IMG/VR virus record: IMGVR_UViG_3300025889_000102
Origin: an uncultured virus (IMG/VR IMGVR_UViG_3300025889_000102)
Lineage: Duplodnaviria > Heunggongvirae > Uroviricota > Caudoviricetes
Reading direction: 5' to 3' (one strand)
DNA length: 20,000 nt
The position numbers were made by a program, and so were the translations under genes. Below are positions 1 to 8,421 of the stretch, piece after piece. Position 1 is the first letter of the stretch. Each line of letters begins with the position of its first letter. Under the pieces are notes generated by a model. It had not been told where the DNA came from. It was given only the letters and a program-made list of their open reading frames with translations, and made no database searches.

Positions 1-3000
1 CTCCTGTGTCAGATACTCAAACTGAATATAGTTTCTATGATCTAGTACAGAACCCAATGCAAGTAGCAGCATTTATTATCGATCCAGTAACTAAGTTAAG
101 CACTTCAATATATGAAGGTATAGACTATACAGTAGATTGGATAAACGATAAGATCATACTTAATAATCCTCTAGCATTTGGTCTAGAACCAGAAACACTA
201 AGAATAGATGTGTATGAAGTAGGTAATGGAGATCAGTTAGTAAAAGCAAGCACTAGAACAGATCCATTACGTTACAATGACGAAACAGGCTTTAGTGAAA
301 TTTATCTGAACTGTAATTATAGTGCACCTATATCTCTAGGCAGTGGTGTGATCAGACCTGATTCATCTCCTGTTTATGTAACTGCTACTGAAACTATAGC
401 ATTAACTAATTCTATCGTAGTAGAAGACATAACTAAATTTGTTGAAAATGGTCAGATATCATTTACAGGCTTTACTATTGGTGGATTGCTAGAAGATACT
501 CCATACTTTGTCAAGACAGTTAGTTACGCTACTAGTAGTATAACTATATCTGATACCCTAACTCCATCTGCTGTAGCAGGTGACACCGTTACTGTTACTG
601 ATGAGTCTGGGTTAATGACTACTGTTATCAATCCCGGTCAAGGAGAAGTATGGACTGATCCTGTTGTTTATCACAATGGTACGAAACTATTGTTAGGAAA
701 AACTAGCAGAGCAGTAAGAACTAGTTCAGCAACTAATACTGTTACAGTACTTACTACAGGTGGAATATCAGCCGGGGACACTATTACTTTCTGTATGTGC
801 ATGTTTGGAACTGCGATACAGCCTAATACATTATATACTGTTCTAAGCATAGTAGATTCTAATGAGTTAACATTAGAAGATCCAGATAATCCAGGTAACC
901 CACTACCACTAGATGATGCTACTGGCGGCTCTATGTTTGTGACTAGAGATTATGCTATCGGTCTAGCACCAAATGACATCAATGCGAAATTGATCTTTAA
1001 TACTGTTCACTATTATGAAACAGATTATATCGCTTATACATTGTTTGGTGAAACAGTTCCTCAACAATATTCTTACACATTACCTGAAACTGAATTGTTT
1101 ACTGGAAATGGTATAGAAACAGAATTTAATCTAAGCAATTTTGTTGGAGGAGATAACCCAACTAACGCAGTTGTAGAAATAGATGGTGTAAGACAAAATA
1201 TATCAAACTACACGATATATCCAACTACTAATAACATTGTGTTTAACACTATTCCTGCTGCTAATAGCGTGATTGCGGTAACTACATATGCAAGTACTGA
1301 ACGTCAGTACTTTAACACTATATTTGGTGTAGCGGGTTCTGCTACTTCTTCATTCTTGTCATTAGTAGTTGAAGCAACTAATCACGTATCTATCAATTAC
1401 GATGAATTAGTGACTGCTGGATACTTTGAGATAGGTAATGACTACGTAATAGATACAGTAGGAACTACTGACTTCACATTAATAGGTGCTTCTTCAAATA
1501 CTCCAGGAGTAATCTTTACTGCTACAGGTGCAGGTACAGGCGATGGTACTGCTTATGCAGGTTATGATGGCAGCGATTTTGATGTAAATCTAAATTGGCT
1601 AACATTAGCGTCTGGATATACTACTACTGGTATGAATATAAACGATACTATAATATTCCAAGCACCAACTCTAGGTGGTTTAGTAGCCACTCAGATTTAT
1701 TATGTTGTTGAAATATTAAACAGCACAGAGTTTGTAATCTCTGAGACACCAGGTGGTGAACCAGTAGAATTGTATGATGACACAGGTGCTATGACTACAA
1801 CAGTTAATGCGATTACAGTTGCTAACATCGTGAACGTAACTAACACTCTATCTGAACCACTCGCTATAACGGTTGCTACTTCTTCTACATCTGGAACTAA
1901 CGTGATTACTTGCGTAGCATCTCCAGGCACTGCTAACTTTATCGAAGGTCAAACTGTTGAATTTAAGGTTGCTGACCCACTCAATGCATTTGGCGGTATT
2001 GACACAGAAGGAAGAGTTTATTTTGTAAGAAGCATTGTAAGTGGTACAGAATTCACTATCGAAGACGAAGACGGTAACGAGATTGCTCTTACTACAGATT
2101 CAGGAGTGATGGTAGTTTATGTAGGAGAAAGACCAGCAATAAGAGTAACTACTGGTGTAGCACACAACTTTAGTCAAAATGAGTTAGTAAGATTAGGTGG
2201 AATATCTGGTTCAGTACAATTAAATGATGACGTTTATTACGTACATGTTATATCTTCAACTGTATTTGACTTGTATTATCAAGCATACGATCCTGGATAT
2301 AATGCTTACAATGATCCAGTAGTCAACTGCGATTCATACGAAGGTGGCGGTTATGCTTGGAGATATGGTTTGTTCAGAATGTATACTACATCTGCTAGTG
2401 CTACAACAACTGCTGGAGTAATCACTTGTGCTGATACTCAGAAACTAACAGTTGGTACTCCAGTAATCTTTACTCAAACAGGTAGTCTATTAGATACTGC
2501 TATACTAGGTGGTTTGATAGCAGGTAGAGTATACTATGTAAACAATGTACTAAGCAACACAACATTTACAGTTTCTGAAACTAGATACGGCGACGATCTC
2601 ACTCTATCTGCTGATTCAGGTTCTTGCTATGTAACTCAATGGGAACAGACTAACGTTGATAGACTCTGGGTAACCGTCAATGGTTACAGAGTACCTGCTG
2701 AATCACTAAGATTAGACAGAGCCAACGAAGTCAGCATTCTCGCTCCAGTAGTACCAGGTGATGTTGTAACTATCACTTCTATGGTGCCAACTGCTACACC
2801 AGACGAGCAAATATGGCAATTGAACATAGACAGATTTGGCGAGACACAGATACACAGATCAAATCCAGAATCTAGAACTTGGTTAACTAAAGCATTGTAT
2901 GAACTAGAAACCGAGATGTATGTCAATGACGTAACAAGAATCACAAACATATTAGAACAAAATGTTATCGCTCCTGCGGTGACTTCTGGCATCTACAAGA

Positions 3001-3458
3001 TAGGTCTAACAGCAGACAAAAATCAAATTTCTACGGTTAAAGTACTTAATGTAAGCACCGGCGAGATTATTGACCCAGACAATTACTTAGTAGAAATAGA
3101 AGGACTAGTACCATTCTTGAAGATCAGGGAAGGTAGTTATATCGCAGAAGGTAATGTTTTATTGATTACTACTCTAGTAGGTAATCAAGTGTTTATTAAC
3201 GGAGAGTACATAGGATTTACTTCCGTAGACTTTGAAAACAATATAGTCAAGGGACTAAAGAGGGGTCAGAACGGTACAGGAAGACAGTATGTAATACCTA
3301 ACTATTCTGAAGTATTTGGATTATTATCTTCAAATAGGATGAATCCTAATGAGTATAATCAGACTTGGAATTCCTACTACTGGAATGAAGAAACAGGTGA
3401 TCCCCTACAATTGAGTACGACTAACTCAGCAAACTTCTTTAAAGTGGATATTACCTAA
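1..3458 (+). CDS. Very large virion structural protein (baseplate wedge/tail-associated), 5'-truncated, with repeated ~75-aa beta-rich modules
   Basis: The frame is open back to the window edge, so the GTG at 6 is probably not the start; at least 1150 aa. Thr/Val/Gly/Ser-rich and acidic, with a recurring module of the form N.IT...T......G..I.F....GGL....YYV..I.S.T.F.ISET..G..L.L.D.SG.M. Also has an FTGNG..TEFNL...VEIDGVRQ motif typical of phage structural proteins. It precedes tail-fibre-like genes. Confidence 0.75.
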   Translation, partial: PVSDTQTEYSFYDLVQNPMQVAAFIIDPVTKLSTSIYEGIDYTVDWINDKIILNNPLAFGLEPETLRIDVYEVGNGDQLVKASTRTDPLRYNDETGFSEIYLNCNYSAPISLGSGVIRPDSSPVYVTATETIALTNSIVVEDITKFVENGQISFTGFTIGGLLEDTPYFVKTVSYATSSITISDTLTPSAVAGDTVTVTDESGLMTTVINPGQGEVWTDPVVYHNGTKLLLGKTSRAVRTSSATNTVTVLTTGGISAGDTITFCMCMFGTAIQPNTLYTVLSIVDSNELTLEDPDNPGNPLPLDDATGGSMFVTRDYAIGLAPNDINAKLIFNTVHYYETDYIAYTLFGETVPQQYSYTLPETELFTGNGIETEFNLSNFVGGDNPTNAVVEIDGVRQNISNYTIYPTTNNIVFNTIPAANSVIAVTTYASTERQYFNTIFGVAGSATSSFLSLVVEATNHVSINYDELVTAGYFEIGNDYVIDTVGTTDFTLIGASSNTPGVIFTATGAGTGDGTAYAGYDGSDFDVNLNWLTLASGYTTTGMNINDTIIFQAPTLGGLVATQIYYVVEILNSTEFVISETPGGEPVELYDDTGAMTTTVNAITVANIVNVTNTLSEPLAITVATSSTSGTNVITCVASPGTANFIEGQTVEFKVADPLNAFGGIDTEGRVYFVRSIVSGTEFTIEDEDGNEIALTTDSGVMVVYVGERPAIRVTTGVAHNFSQNELVRLGGISGSVQLNDDVYYVHVISSTVFDLYYQAYDPGYNAYNDPVVNCDSYEGGGYAWRYGLFRMYTTSASATTTAGVITCADTQKLTVGTPVIFTQTGSLLDTAILGGLIAGRVYYVNNVLSNTTFTVSETRYGDDLTLSADSGSCYVTQWEQTNVDRLWVTVNGYRVPAESLRLDRANEVSILAPVVPGDVVTITSMVPTATPDEQIWQLNIDRFGETQIHRSNPESRTWLTKALYELETEMYVNDVTRITNILEQNVIAPAVTSGIYKIGLTADKNQISTVKVLNVSTGEIIDPDNYLVEIEGLVPFLKIREGSYIAEGNVLLITTLVGNQVFINGEYIGFTSVDFENNIVKGLKRGQNGTGRQYVIPNYSEVFGLLSSNRMNPNEYNQTWNSYYWNEETGDPLQLSTTNSANFFKVDIT
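381..2632 (+). repeat. Five to six degenerate protein-level repeats within the large structural protein
   Basis: Approximate copies: 381-630 (GGLLEDTPYFVKTV), 711-940 (PNTLYTVLSIV), 1593-1805 (GGLVATQIYYVVEI), 1870-2120 (GGIDTEGRVYFVRSI) and 2390-2632 (GGLIAGRVYYVNNV). A shorter related unit lies at about 2139-2278 (TTGVAHNF...DDVYYVHVISSTVFDLY). Boundaries were estimated by eye. Confidence 0.75.
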
Positions 3459-3460
3459 AT

Positions 3461-3468
3461 GATAAATA
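3461..3468 (+). promoter_or_regulatory. Putative T4-type late promoter (GATAAATA)
   Basis: 7/8 match to the T4 late consensus TATAAATA, in the 15-nt gap after the stop at 3458. The same 10-mer GATAAATAAA recurs in the next gap at 4239. Confidence 0.65.
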
Positions 3469-3473
3469 AATCT

Positions 3474-3623
3474 ATGAGCGACAAACACGTTAAACCAACC
3501 AAAGATAACTCTAGAGACACTAACAAAACTAGAGAATTTGGTGGGGTTTATATGTCATCTCATATAAAGATTTTTGATCCAAATACTAATGAAGTATTAG
3601 TTAAGAAAAGGGCAGATGACTAA
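3474..3623 (+). CDS. 49-aa small protein absent from the ORF track, resembling the N-terminus of the downstream protein
   Basis: Hand translation: MSDKHVKPTKDNSRDTNKTREFGGVYMSSHIKIFDPNTNEVLVKKRADD*. It fills the gap exactly and its TAA abuts the next ATG. HIKIFDPNTNEVLVKKRA aligns with FLKIFDPKSGEIFVEKKNA of 3624..4238. Confidence 0.8.
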   Translation: MSDKHVKPTKDNSRDTNKTREFGGVYMSSHIKIFDPNTNEVLVKKRADD

Positions 3624-4238
3624 ATGATCACAATATCATATAAAATTGAAGGATTTCTCAAAATATTTGACCCTAAGTCGGGTGAAATTTTTGTAGAGAA
3701 AAAGAATGCTATCAACTACGAGAACATGTCAGAAGCCCTAGCAGATACTTTGAGCAGCAGGGGCTATGGAGAAATCTATGAAATGGCGTTTGGAAATGGT
3801 GGAGCATCTGTAGACGAAACCGGAGTTATTACATATTTGCCCCCAAACACTACTGGCCAAAATGCTGCTCTTTATAACCAGACTTATAAGAAAATAGTAG
3901 ATGATACTAGCGTGTTCAATCTAGACCCAACTAGAAATAAAATGACTGTTTTGCACACTACTGGTAAGGTTTATACAGACATTTTAGTTCAATGCTTACT
4001 AGATTACGGCGAGCCTGCAGGGCAAGCAGCATTTGATAATAGCACACAAACAGATACTAATTTCGTATTTGACGAACTAGGATTGCTGGCAAATTACGGT
4101 ACAGATAGTTCAGGACAAGTAATAACAAGACTACTAACTCACGTAATTTTTCACCCAGTTCAAAAATCGTTAAACAGACAGATTCAGGTAGATTATACTG
4201 TGAGGATACAGAGTCTAACTAACCTAATTACAATTTGA
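3624..4238 (+). CDS. Putative virion structural (baseplate/tail) protein, 204 aa
   Basis: Beta-rich. The MAFGNGG, FDELGL and LLTHVIFHPVQKS..R.IQVDYTVRI segments resemble fibre-attachment/baseplate proteins. It lies between structural genes. Confidence 0.6.
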   Translation: MITISYKIEGFLKIFDPKSGEIFVEKKNAINYENMSEALADTLSSRGYGEIYEMAFGNGGASVDETGVITYLPPNTTGQNAALYNQTYKKIVDDTSVFNLDPTRNKMTVLHTTGKVYTDILVQCLLDYGEPAGQAAFDNSTQTDTNFVFDELGLLANYGTDSSGQVITRLLTHVIFHPVQKSLNRQIQVDYTVRIQSLTNLITI

Positions 4239-4246
4239 GATAAATA
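4239..4246 (+). promoter_or_regulatory. Putative T4-type late promoter (GATAAATA)
   Basis: Immediately after the TGA at 4238 and followed by a GGAG Shine-Dalgarno (about 4254-4257) and the ATG at 4267. Confidence 0.65.
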
Positions 4247-4266
4247 AAAGAACGGAGCGACGAGAT

Positions 4267-5496
4267 ATGGCATATACAATAGTTAAAACAGATGGTTCAG
4301 TATTAACAACCATTGCAGACGGTACGATTAATACTACGAGTACATCTTTAGGACTACCGGGCAGAAATTATGCAGGATATGGTCAATCACTAGATACAAA
4401 CTTTGTCCATCTTACTGAAAATTTTGCTGATACTACCCCTCCTTCTAATCCGATCAGGGGTCAGTTGTGGTACAATACAAGTGATACTACAATGTACATT
4501 TGTCCTACTGATGGAGAATCAAATGGTGCTGCTTGGTTAGCACTTACCGCAACTACTAGCGGCGGTAGTACAACATTCGGTGAAGTTACTGTAACAGGTA
4601 ACTTGTCTGCAAACAATATCTCAGTCACTAACGGAATTACTGGAAACTCAATTACTGTAAACTATGCCACAGTAACTGTAAGCGCCAATATAGCATCAGG
4701 TAATATAACAAATGGTAATATTACATCATTAACTACTCAAGCAATAACTACTGGTGGTGCTACAACAGCAGGCACACTAACTGGTGTTTGGACTGTAACT
4801 GGTTCAGCAGGTGGCTCTGGCGCGTCTGCAATGGTCTTTAATACAGGCGGTATCTACATTGATAACACAGGTAACTTGTATGGTATAAGAACTGACAAGT
4901 ACATGTATGCAAACGGTGATCCGATATCTTTCGCAGGTACTTATAGTAACTCTAACGTTGCTGCTTATCTACCTACTTATACTGGTATAGTTGGATCAGG
5001 CGTTGGCGTTACATTCAGGGGTAACGTAATTACTACAGGTGGTGTAAGCACTGGTGGTAACATAACAGGTAACTGGACATTAACGTCAGGTTCAAGACTA
5101 AACGCAACATACGCCGACTTAGCAGAACGTTTCGAATCAGACACTTCTTATGAACCAGGCACTGTGGTTGAGATAGGTGGAGATAGAGAAATTACTGCGG
5201 TCAAGTACGAACTTTCAGAAGATGTATTTGGTGTAGTTTCTGATACAGCAGCATATCTAATGAATGCAGGTGCAGGTGATGACGAAACTCATCCCCCAGT
5301 CGCAGTATCTGGACGAGTGCAAGTTAAAGTCACTGGTCCAGTAACAAAGGGCCAGAGATTGGTAAGTGCGGGAAATGGAATAGCCAGGGGTGCTGCTCCC
5401 GGCGAAGCAACTGCTTTTAATACGATAGGTAGGTCCTTGCAAGATAAAGTAACAGCAGGTCCGGGCACAGTTGAAGCAATTGTGATGTTAAAATAA
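4267..5496 (+). CDS. Tail fibre/appendage-like protein with C-terminal intramolecular chaperone autocleavage (peptidase G2-like) domain, 409 aa
   Basis: The N-terminal GRNYAGYG...NFVHLTENFA..TPP.NPIRGQLWY segment looks like a phage anchor module. The middle is G/T/N/S-rich with GNIT repeats. The C-terminus YADLAERF...YEPGTVV...VFGVVS...PVAVSGRVQVKVTG resembles the phi29/GA-1 gp12-type chaperone domain. Confidence 0.75.
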   Translation: MAYTIVKTDGSVLTTIADGTINTTSTSLGLPGRNYAGYGQSLDTNFVHLTENFADTTPPSNPIRGQLWYNTSDTTMYICPTDGESNGAAWLALTATTSGGSTTFGEVTVTGNLSANNISVTNGITGNSITVNYATVTVSANIASGNITNGNITSLTTQAITTGGATTAGTLTGVWTVTGSAGGSGASAMVFNTGGIYIDNTGNLYGIRTDKYMYANGDPISFAGTYSNSNVAAYLPTYTGIVGSGVGVTFRGNVITTGGVSTGGNITGNWTLTSGSRLNATYADLAERFESDTSYEPGTVVEIGGDREITAVKYELSEDVFGVVSDTAAYLMNAGAGDDETHPPVAVSGRVQVKVTGPVTKGQRLVSAGNGIARGAAPGEATAFNTIGRSLQDKVTAGPGTVEAIVMLK

Positions 5497-5507
5497 GGTA
5501 CTAAAAG

Positions 5508-6482
5508 ATGAGTTACGCACAATATGGTCTGATTGAAGCAAGTGATTTTAACAGCCTAGTAGGTTCTGCTACTAACAATGGCAATACAGCAGCAGTAAAC
5601 ACACTAAACGCAGTATGGGCTACTGGTAATGGTGCAGCAGGATATGGTCAGACAGCAGTAACTCAAGTATCAGCAGGAGACATCGTGGCTGCTGCAAAAT
5701 GGAATAATCTAGTTACATATACTAGCAATTGTGCTAGCCATCAAGGAACTTCAATAACAGCAGTTACCGCTCCTTCAGCAGGTGACACGATAACTTATAG
5801 ATCCGCTATTCCTACTAACCTAAGTTCAATATACACAAGCAGACTAAACGCAGCAGGTCAGAGTGGAACTACTTCTAACGCAGTTACTACTGCAACAACT
5901 TTCAATGATTTTGCTACTTTTACTCATACTGCTACTTTCGCAAATGCTGACGCAGCAAGACATTTTTTCAATGCAGGCGGACAATTAAAAATAACTGTTG
6001 CTCAAACAGTTAACAGTTCTACAATTGACGCTTTGTTTGTTAATCTTTGCTCTAACGTTGGTACTGTAGTAGTATCATCACTAGGAAACAGTTCAACAAT
6101 ATCCGTGAATGGTAGTACATTTAGCGGGGTAACTAAAGTAGGTGGTGGTGGAAACTCTCCAACTATAGACGCTACAAAAGGCTATTATGGATTGTCTACT
6201 GCTAATGCTACTATTTTCACGCAAGTCACATCTCAAGGACCATCTGGATACCTAAATTCTTTCATCAGAGTTATAGCAAAGACTAATGGTACGCAAGGTT
6301 CTAATAATGATAATGGAACAGTTGTGACCTTATATACTATTTTCGATGAAGATCAAAATGGTTTCGCAGTTAGCGCAGGATCACGTACTACGCTAACAGT
6401 AACTTACCCAACTACAACTTATCTAGCAAATACTTGGGGTACAGTTTCACTAGCCGGCAGCGTAACAACTGCTAACGTATAA
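5508..6482 (+). CDS. Ser/Thr/Ala/Gly-rich virion structural (fibre-like) protein, 324 aa
   Basis: Low-charge, beta-rich composition; GYGQ...GDIVAAAKWNNL and FANADAARHFFNAGGQLKI segments; AAGG upstream; directly follows the fibre gene. Confidence 0.6.
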   Translation: MSYAQYGLIEASDFNSLVGSATNNGNTAAVNTLNAVWATGNGAAGYGQTAVTQVSAGDIVAAAKWNNLVTYTSNCASHQGTSITAVTAPSAGDTITYRSAIPTNLSSIYTSRLNAAGQSGTTSNAVTTATTFNDFATFTHTATFANADAARHFFNAGGQLKITVAQTVNSSTIDALFVNLCSNVGTVVVSSLGNSSTISVNGSTFSGVTKVGGGGNSPTIDATKGYYGLSTANATIFTQVTSQGPSGYLNSFIRVIAKTNGTQGSNNDNGTVVTLYTIFDEDQNGFAVSAGSRTTLTVTYPTTTYLANTWGTVSLAGSVTTANV

Positions 6483-6507
6483 TAATTTTTTAAGTTAAAC
6501 TGTTAGT

Positions 6508-6530
6508 TCTAAATACTCTTGGAGTATTAG
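6508..6530 (+). promoter_or_regulatory. Late-promoter-like TCTAAATA embedded in a hairpin that covers the Shine-Dalgarno of the 6532 gene
   Basis: AATACTC (6512-6518), TTG, GAGTATT (6522-6528) form a perfect 7-bp inverted repeat, extendable by CT/AG with a one-base bulge. GGAG is at 6521-6524 and the ATG at 6532. Confidence 0.55.
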
Positions 6531-6531
6531 C

Positions 6532-6837
6532 ATGGATACTAAACAGTTATTATCAGATATCAAAGCACGATTCGCTCACAATTCCGCTAAAGCATACTTA
6601 AAAGACAAATACGAAAGTAAATTGATCGTAGCAGATCAAGGTGGATTGTGGAAAGCAGATTACGCAACTATCAATTTTTTAAATGCGTTTGATGATGACC
6701 ATATCGCCTTGATAGACAAATTTGATAATTTGGTCGTAGTGAATAGGAAAGAACTTTTAGAAAAACTAAAAACTCTGTATACACAAGTTACTAATCAATG
6801 GCACGAAGAATGGAAAGAGTTAGAGGCTAAACGATGA
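6532..6837 (+). CDS. Hypothetical protein, 101 aa (weak resemblance to DUF4376-like tail-fibre-associated proteins)
   Basis: Good GGAG RBS and ATGA overlap with the next gene. The pattern GG.WKAD...IDKFDN.V.V...EL..L followed by a helical C-terminus is a by-eye resemblance only. Confidence 0.6.
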   Translation: MDTKQLLSDIKARFAHNSAKAYLKDKYESKLIVADQGGLWKADYATINFLNAFDDDHIALIDKFDNLVVVNRKELLEKLKTLYTQVTNQWHEEWKELEAKR

Positions 6838-7631
6838 GTAGAGGTGCGATACTATTCGCATTTAATTCTCCCAAATACGATTATTATTCAATGGCAGAGT
6901 TTACTGCTAAAAGAATAAATCACTATCTAGATTTACCTGTAACCATAATAACAGATAAAGAGTCTACACTAAGTTCTTCTGGCTATCAGTTCGACAATGT
7001 TATTATTACCGAACCAGATAAAGACAAAAGCAATAAACGAAGTTGGGGTCTATGGATAAACAAAGGAAGATATCAAGTTTATGATATGACTCCTTATGAT
7101 GACACTATATTACTAGACGCAGACTACATAGTTAACTCAGATCAATTAAAAATTTTACCCGACATCACAACTGATTTTTTGTGTCACTATAACACTAGTT
7201 ATTTGATGGCTCCTGATGCTGGACAAGAAAGCGTATGTCAAGCATTTGATACAGTATGGGCTACAGTTATTTCTTTTAAGAAAACTAAACTAACTCAACA
7301 AATTTTTAACATGATGGAAATGATTCAAAACAACTATGAACACTACAGCAACATATATCATTTCCTGCTTACGCCCTATAGAAATGACTACTCTTTGACA
7401 ATCGCGCTAAGAACTGTATATGGACATCTGTTAGATAACAGACATAAGATTCCCTGGAACTTAGTTCATGTTGGTACCGGCACTAAGATATATCGTGATA
7501 GTGATAATGAATACACTATAGTTTATGATAAATGGCAAAGGGGTAAGATAAAGAAAGAATACATCACTATCAAAGATTGTGATTTCCACGTACAGAATAA
7601 AGAACTATTAGAGGATATAATGAATGTCTAA
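6834..7631 (+). CDS. GT-A fold glycosyltransferase-like protein (GT8-like), 265 aa
   Basis: RGAILFA N-terminal strand, PVTIITD, FDNVII, TPYDDTILLDADY (DxD), WATVISFKK, RNDYSL and late His motifs. Confidence 0.75.
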   Translation: MSRGAILFAFNSPKYDYYSMAEFTAKRINHYLDLPVTIITDKESTLSSSGYQFDNVIITEPDKDKSNKRSWGLWINKGRYQVYDMTPYDDTILLDADYIVNSDQLKILPDITTDFLCHYNTSYLMAPDAGQESVCQAFDTVWATVISFKKTKLTQQIFNMMEMIQNNYEHYSNIYHFLLTPYRNDYSLTIALRTVYGHLLDNRHKIPWNLVHVGTGTKIYRDSDNEYTIVYDKWQRGKIKKEYITIKDCDFHVQNKELLEDIMNV

Positions 7632-8421
7632 AGGATTTGTAATTTTAGCAGAAAATACTGAAAAAACAGATTACGTTAAGTGCGCTGAAGTTCTAGCGAG
7701 AAGCATTTATAAAACTATGCCAAACGCTAAAGTTTCTATAATTACCAATTCACCCACACATAGGGGATTATTTGACAAAGTGATTAATCTACCATACGGC
7801 GATCTAGCAACTACTAGTGACTGGAAATTGATTAATGACTTTCAAGTGTATGAAGCATCCCCGTATGATCATACTATAAAATTAGAAGCAGACATGTTTT
7901 TGCCTAGATCCATAGATCATTGGTGGGATGTTTTAAAACCAAGAGACATCGTAGTATGTACTACTATTAGAAATTTCAAACAAGACATATCTAATGAAAG
8001 ACATTATAGGAAGTTCATTGATGACAACAGTTTACCAGACTGTTACAATGCTATAACTTATTTTAAGAAGAGTAAGAAAGCAGAAGAATTTTTCTCATTA
8101 GTCAAAGACATATTTTTTAGTTGGGACACGTTCAGAGATACTTTAAGATGTAATAAGAATGAACCTGCTACTACAGATTGGGTTTATGCTTTGGCTAGTC
8201 ACATCATGTCTCCAGAAGTTACTACCATGCCAGAATTTAAAGAGATGAGCATGGTTCATATGAAGCAATTTATCAATAGGGCATCATCTGAAGACTGGAC
8301 TGCTGGGTTTATATATGAGTTGCGCCCAGAAGTATTCAGAATTAATACTATACCTCAGCAATATCCTGTACATTATCACGTTAAAAATTTCGCAAATAAG
8401 TTGGAAACAGTATATGGCTGA
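7624..8421 (+). CDS. GT-A fold glycosyltransferase-like protein, paralogue of the upstream gene with ExD in place of DxD, 265 aa
   Basis: KGFVILA, VSIITN, FDKVI, SPYDHTIKLEADM, YNAITYFKK, TTDWVYA, MVHMK and VHYHVK align with the upstream protein; 8-nt overlap. Confidence 0.7.
   Translation: MSKGFVILAENTEKTDYVKCAEVLARSIYKTMPNAKVSIITNSPTHRGLFDKVINLPYGDLATTSDWKLINDFQVYEASPYDHTIKLEADMFLPRSIDHWWDVLKPRDIVVCTTIRNFKQDISNERHYRKFIDDNSLPDCYNAITYFKKSKKAEEFFSLVKDIFFSWDTFRDTLRCNKNEPATTDWVYALASHIMSPEVTTMPEFKEMSMVHMKQFINRASSEDWTAGFIYELRPEVFRINTIPQQYPVHYHVKNFANKLETVYG

Noticed and set aside
3474..3623. 49-aa ORF as a RiPP precursor for the SPASM/twitch enzymes
   Set aside because: It is 6 kb away, resembles the adjacent structural protein, and no RRE domain, dedicated peptidase or transporter is evident.
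6483..6531. Intrinsic terminator after the structural genes
   Set aside because: The T-run near 6486-6491 has no preceding GC-rich stem, and the hairpin at 6509-6530 has no U-tract.
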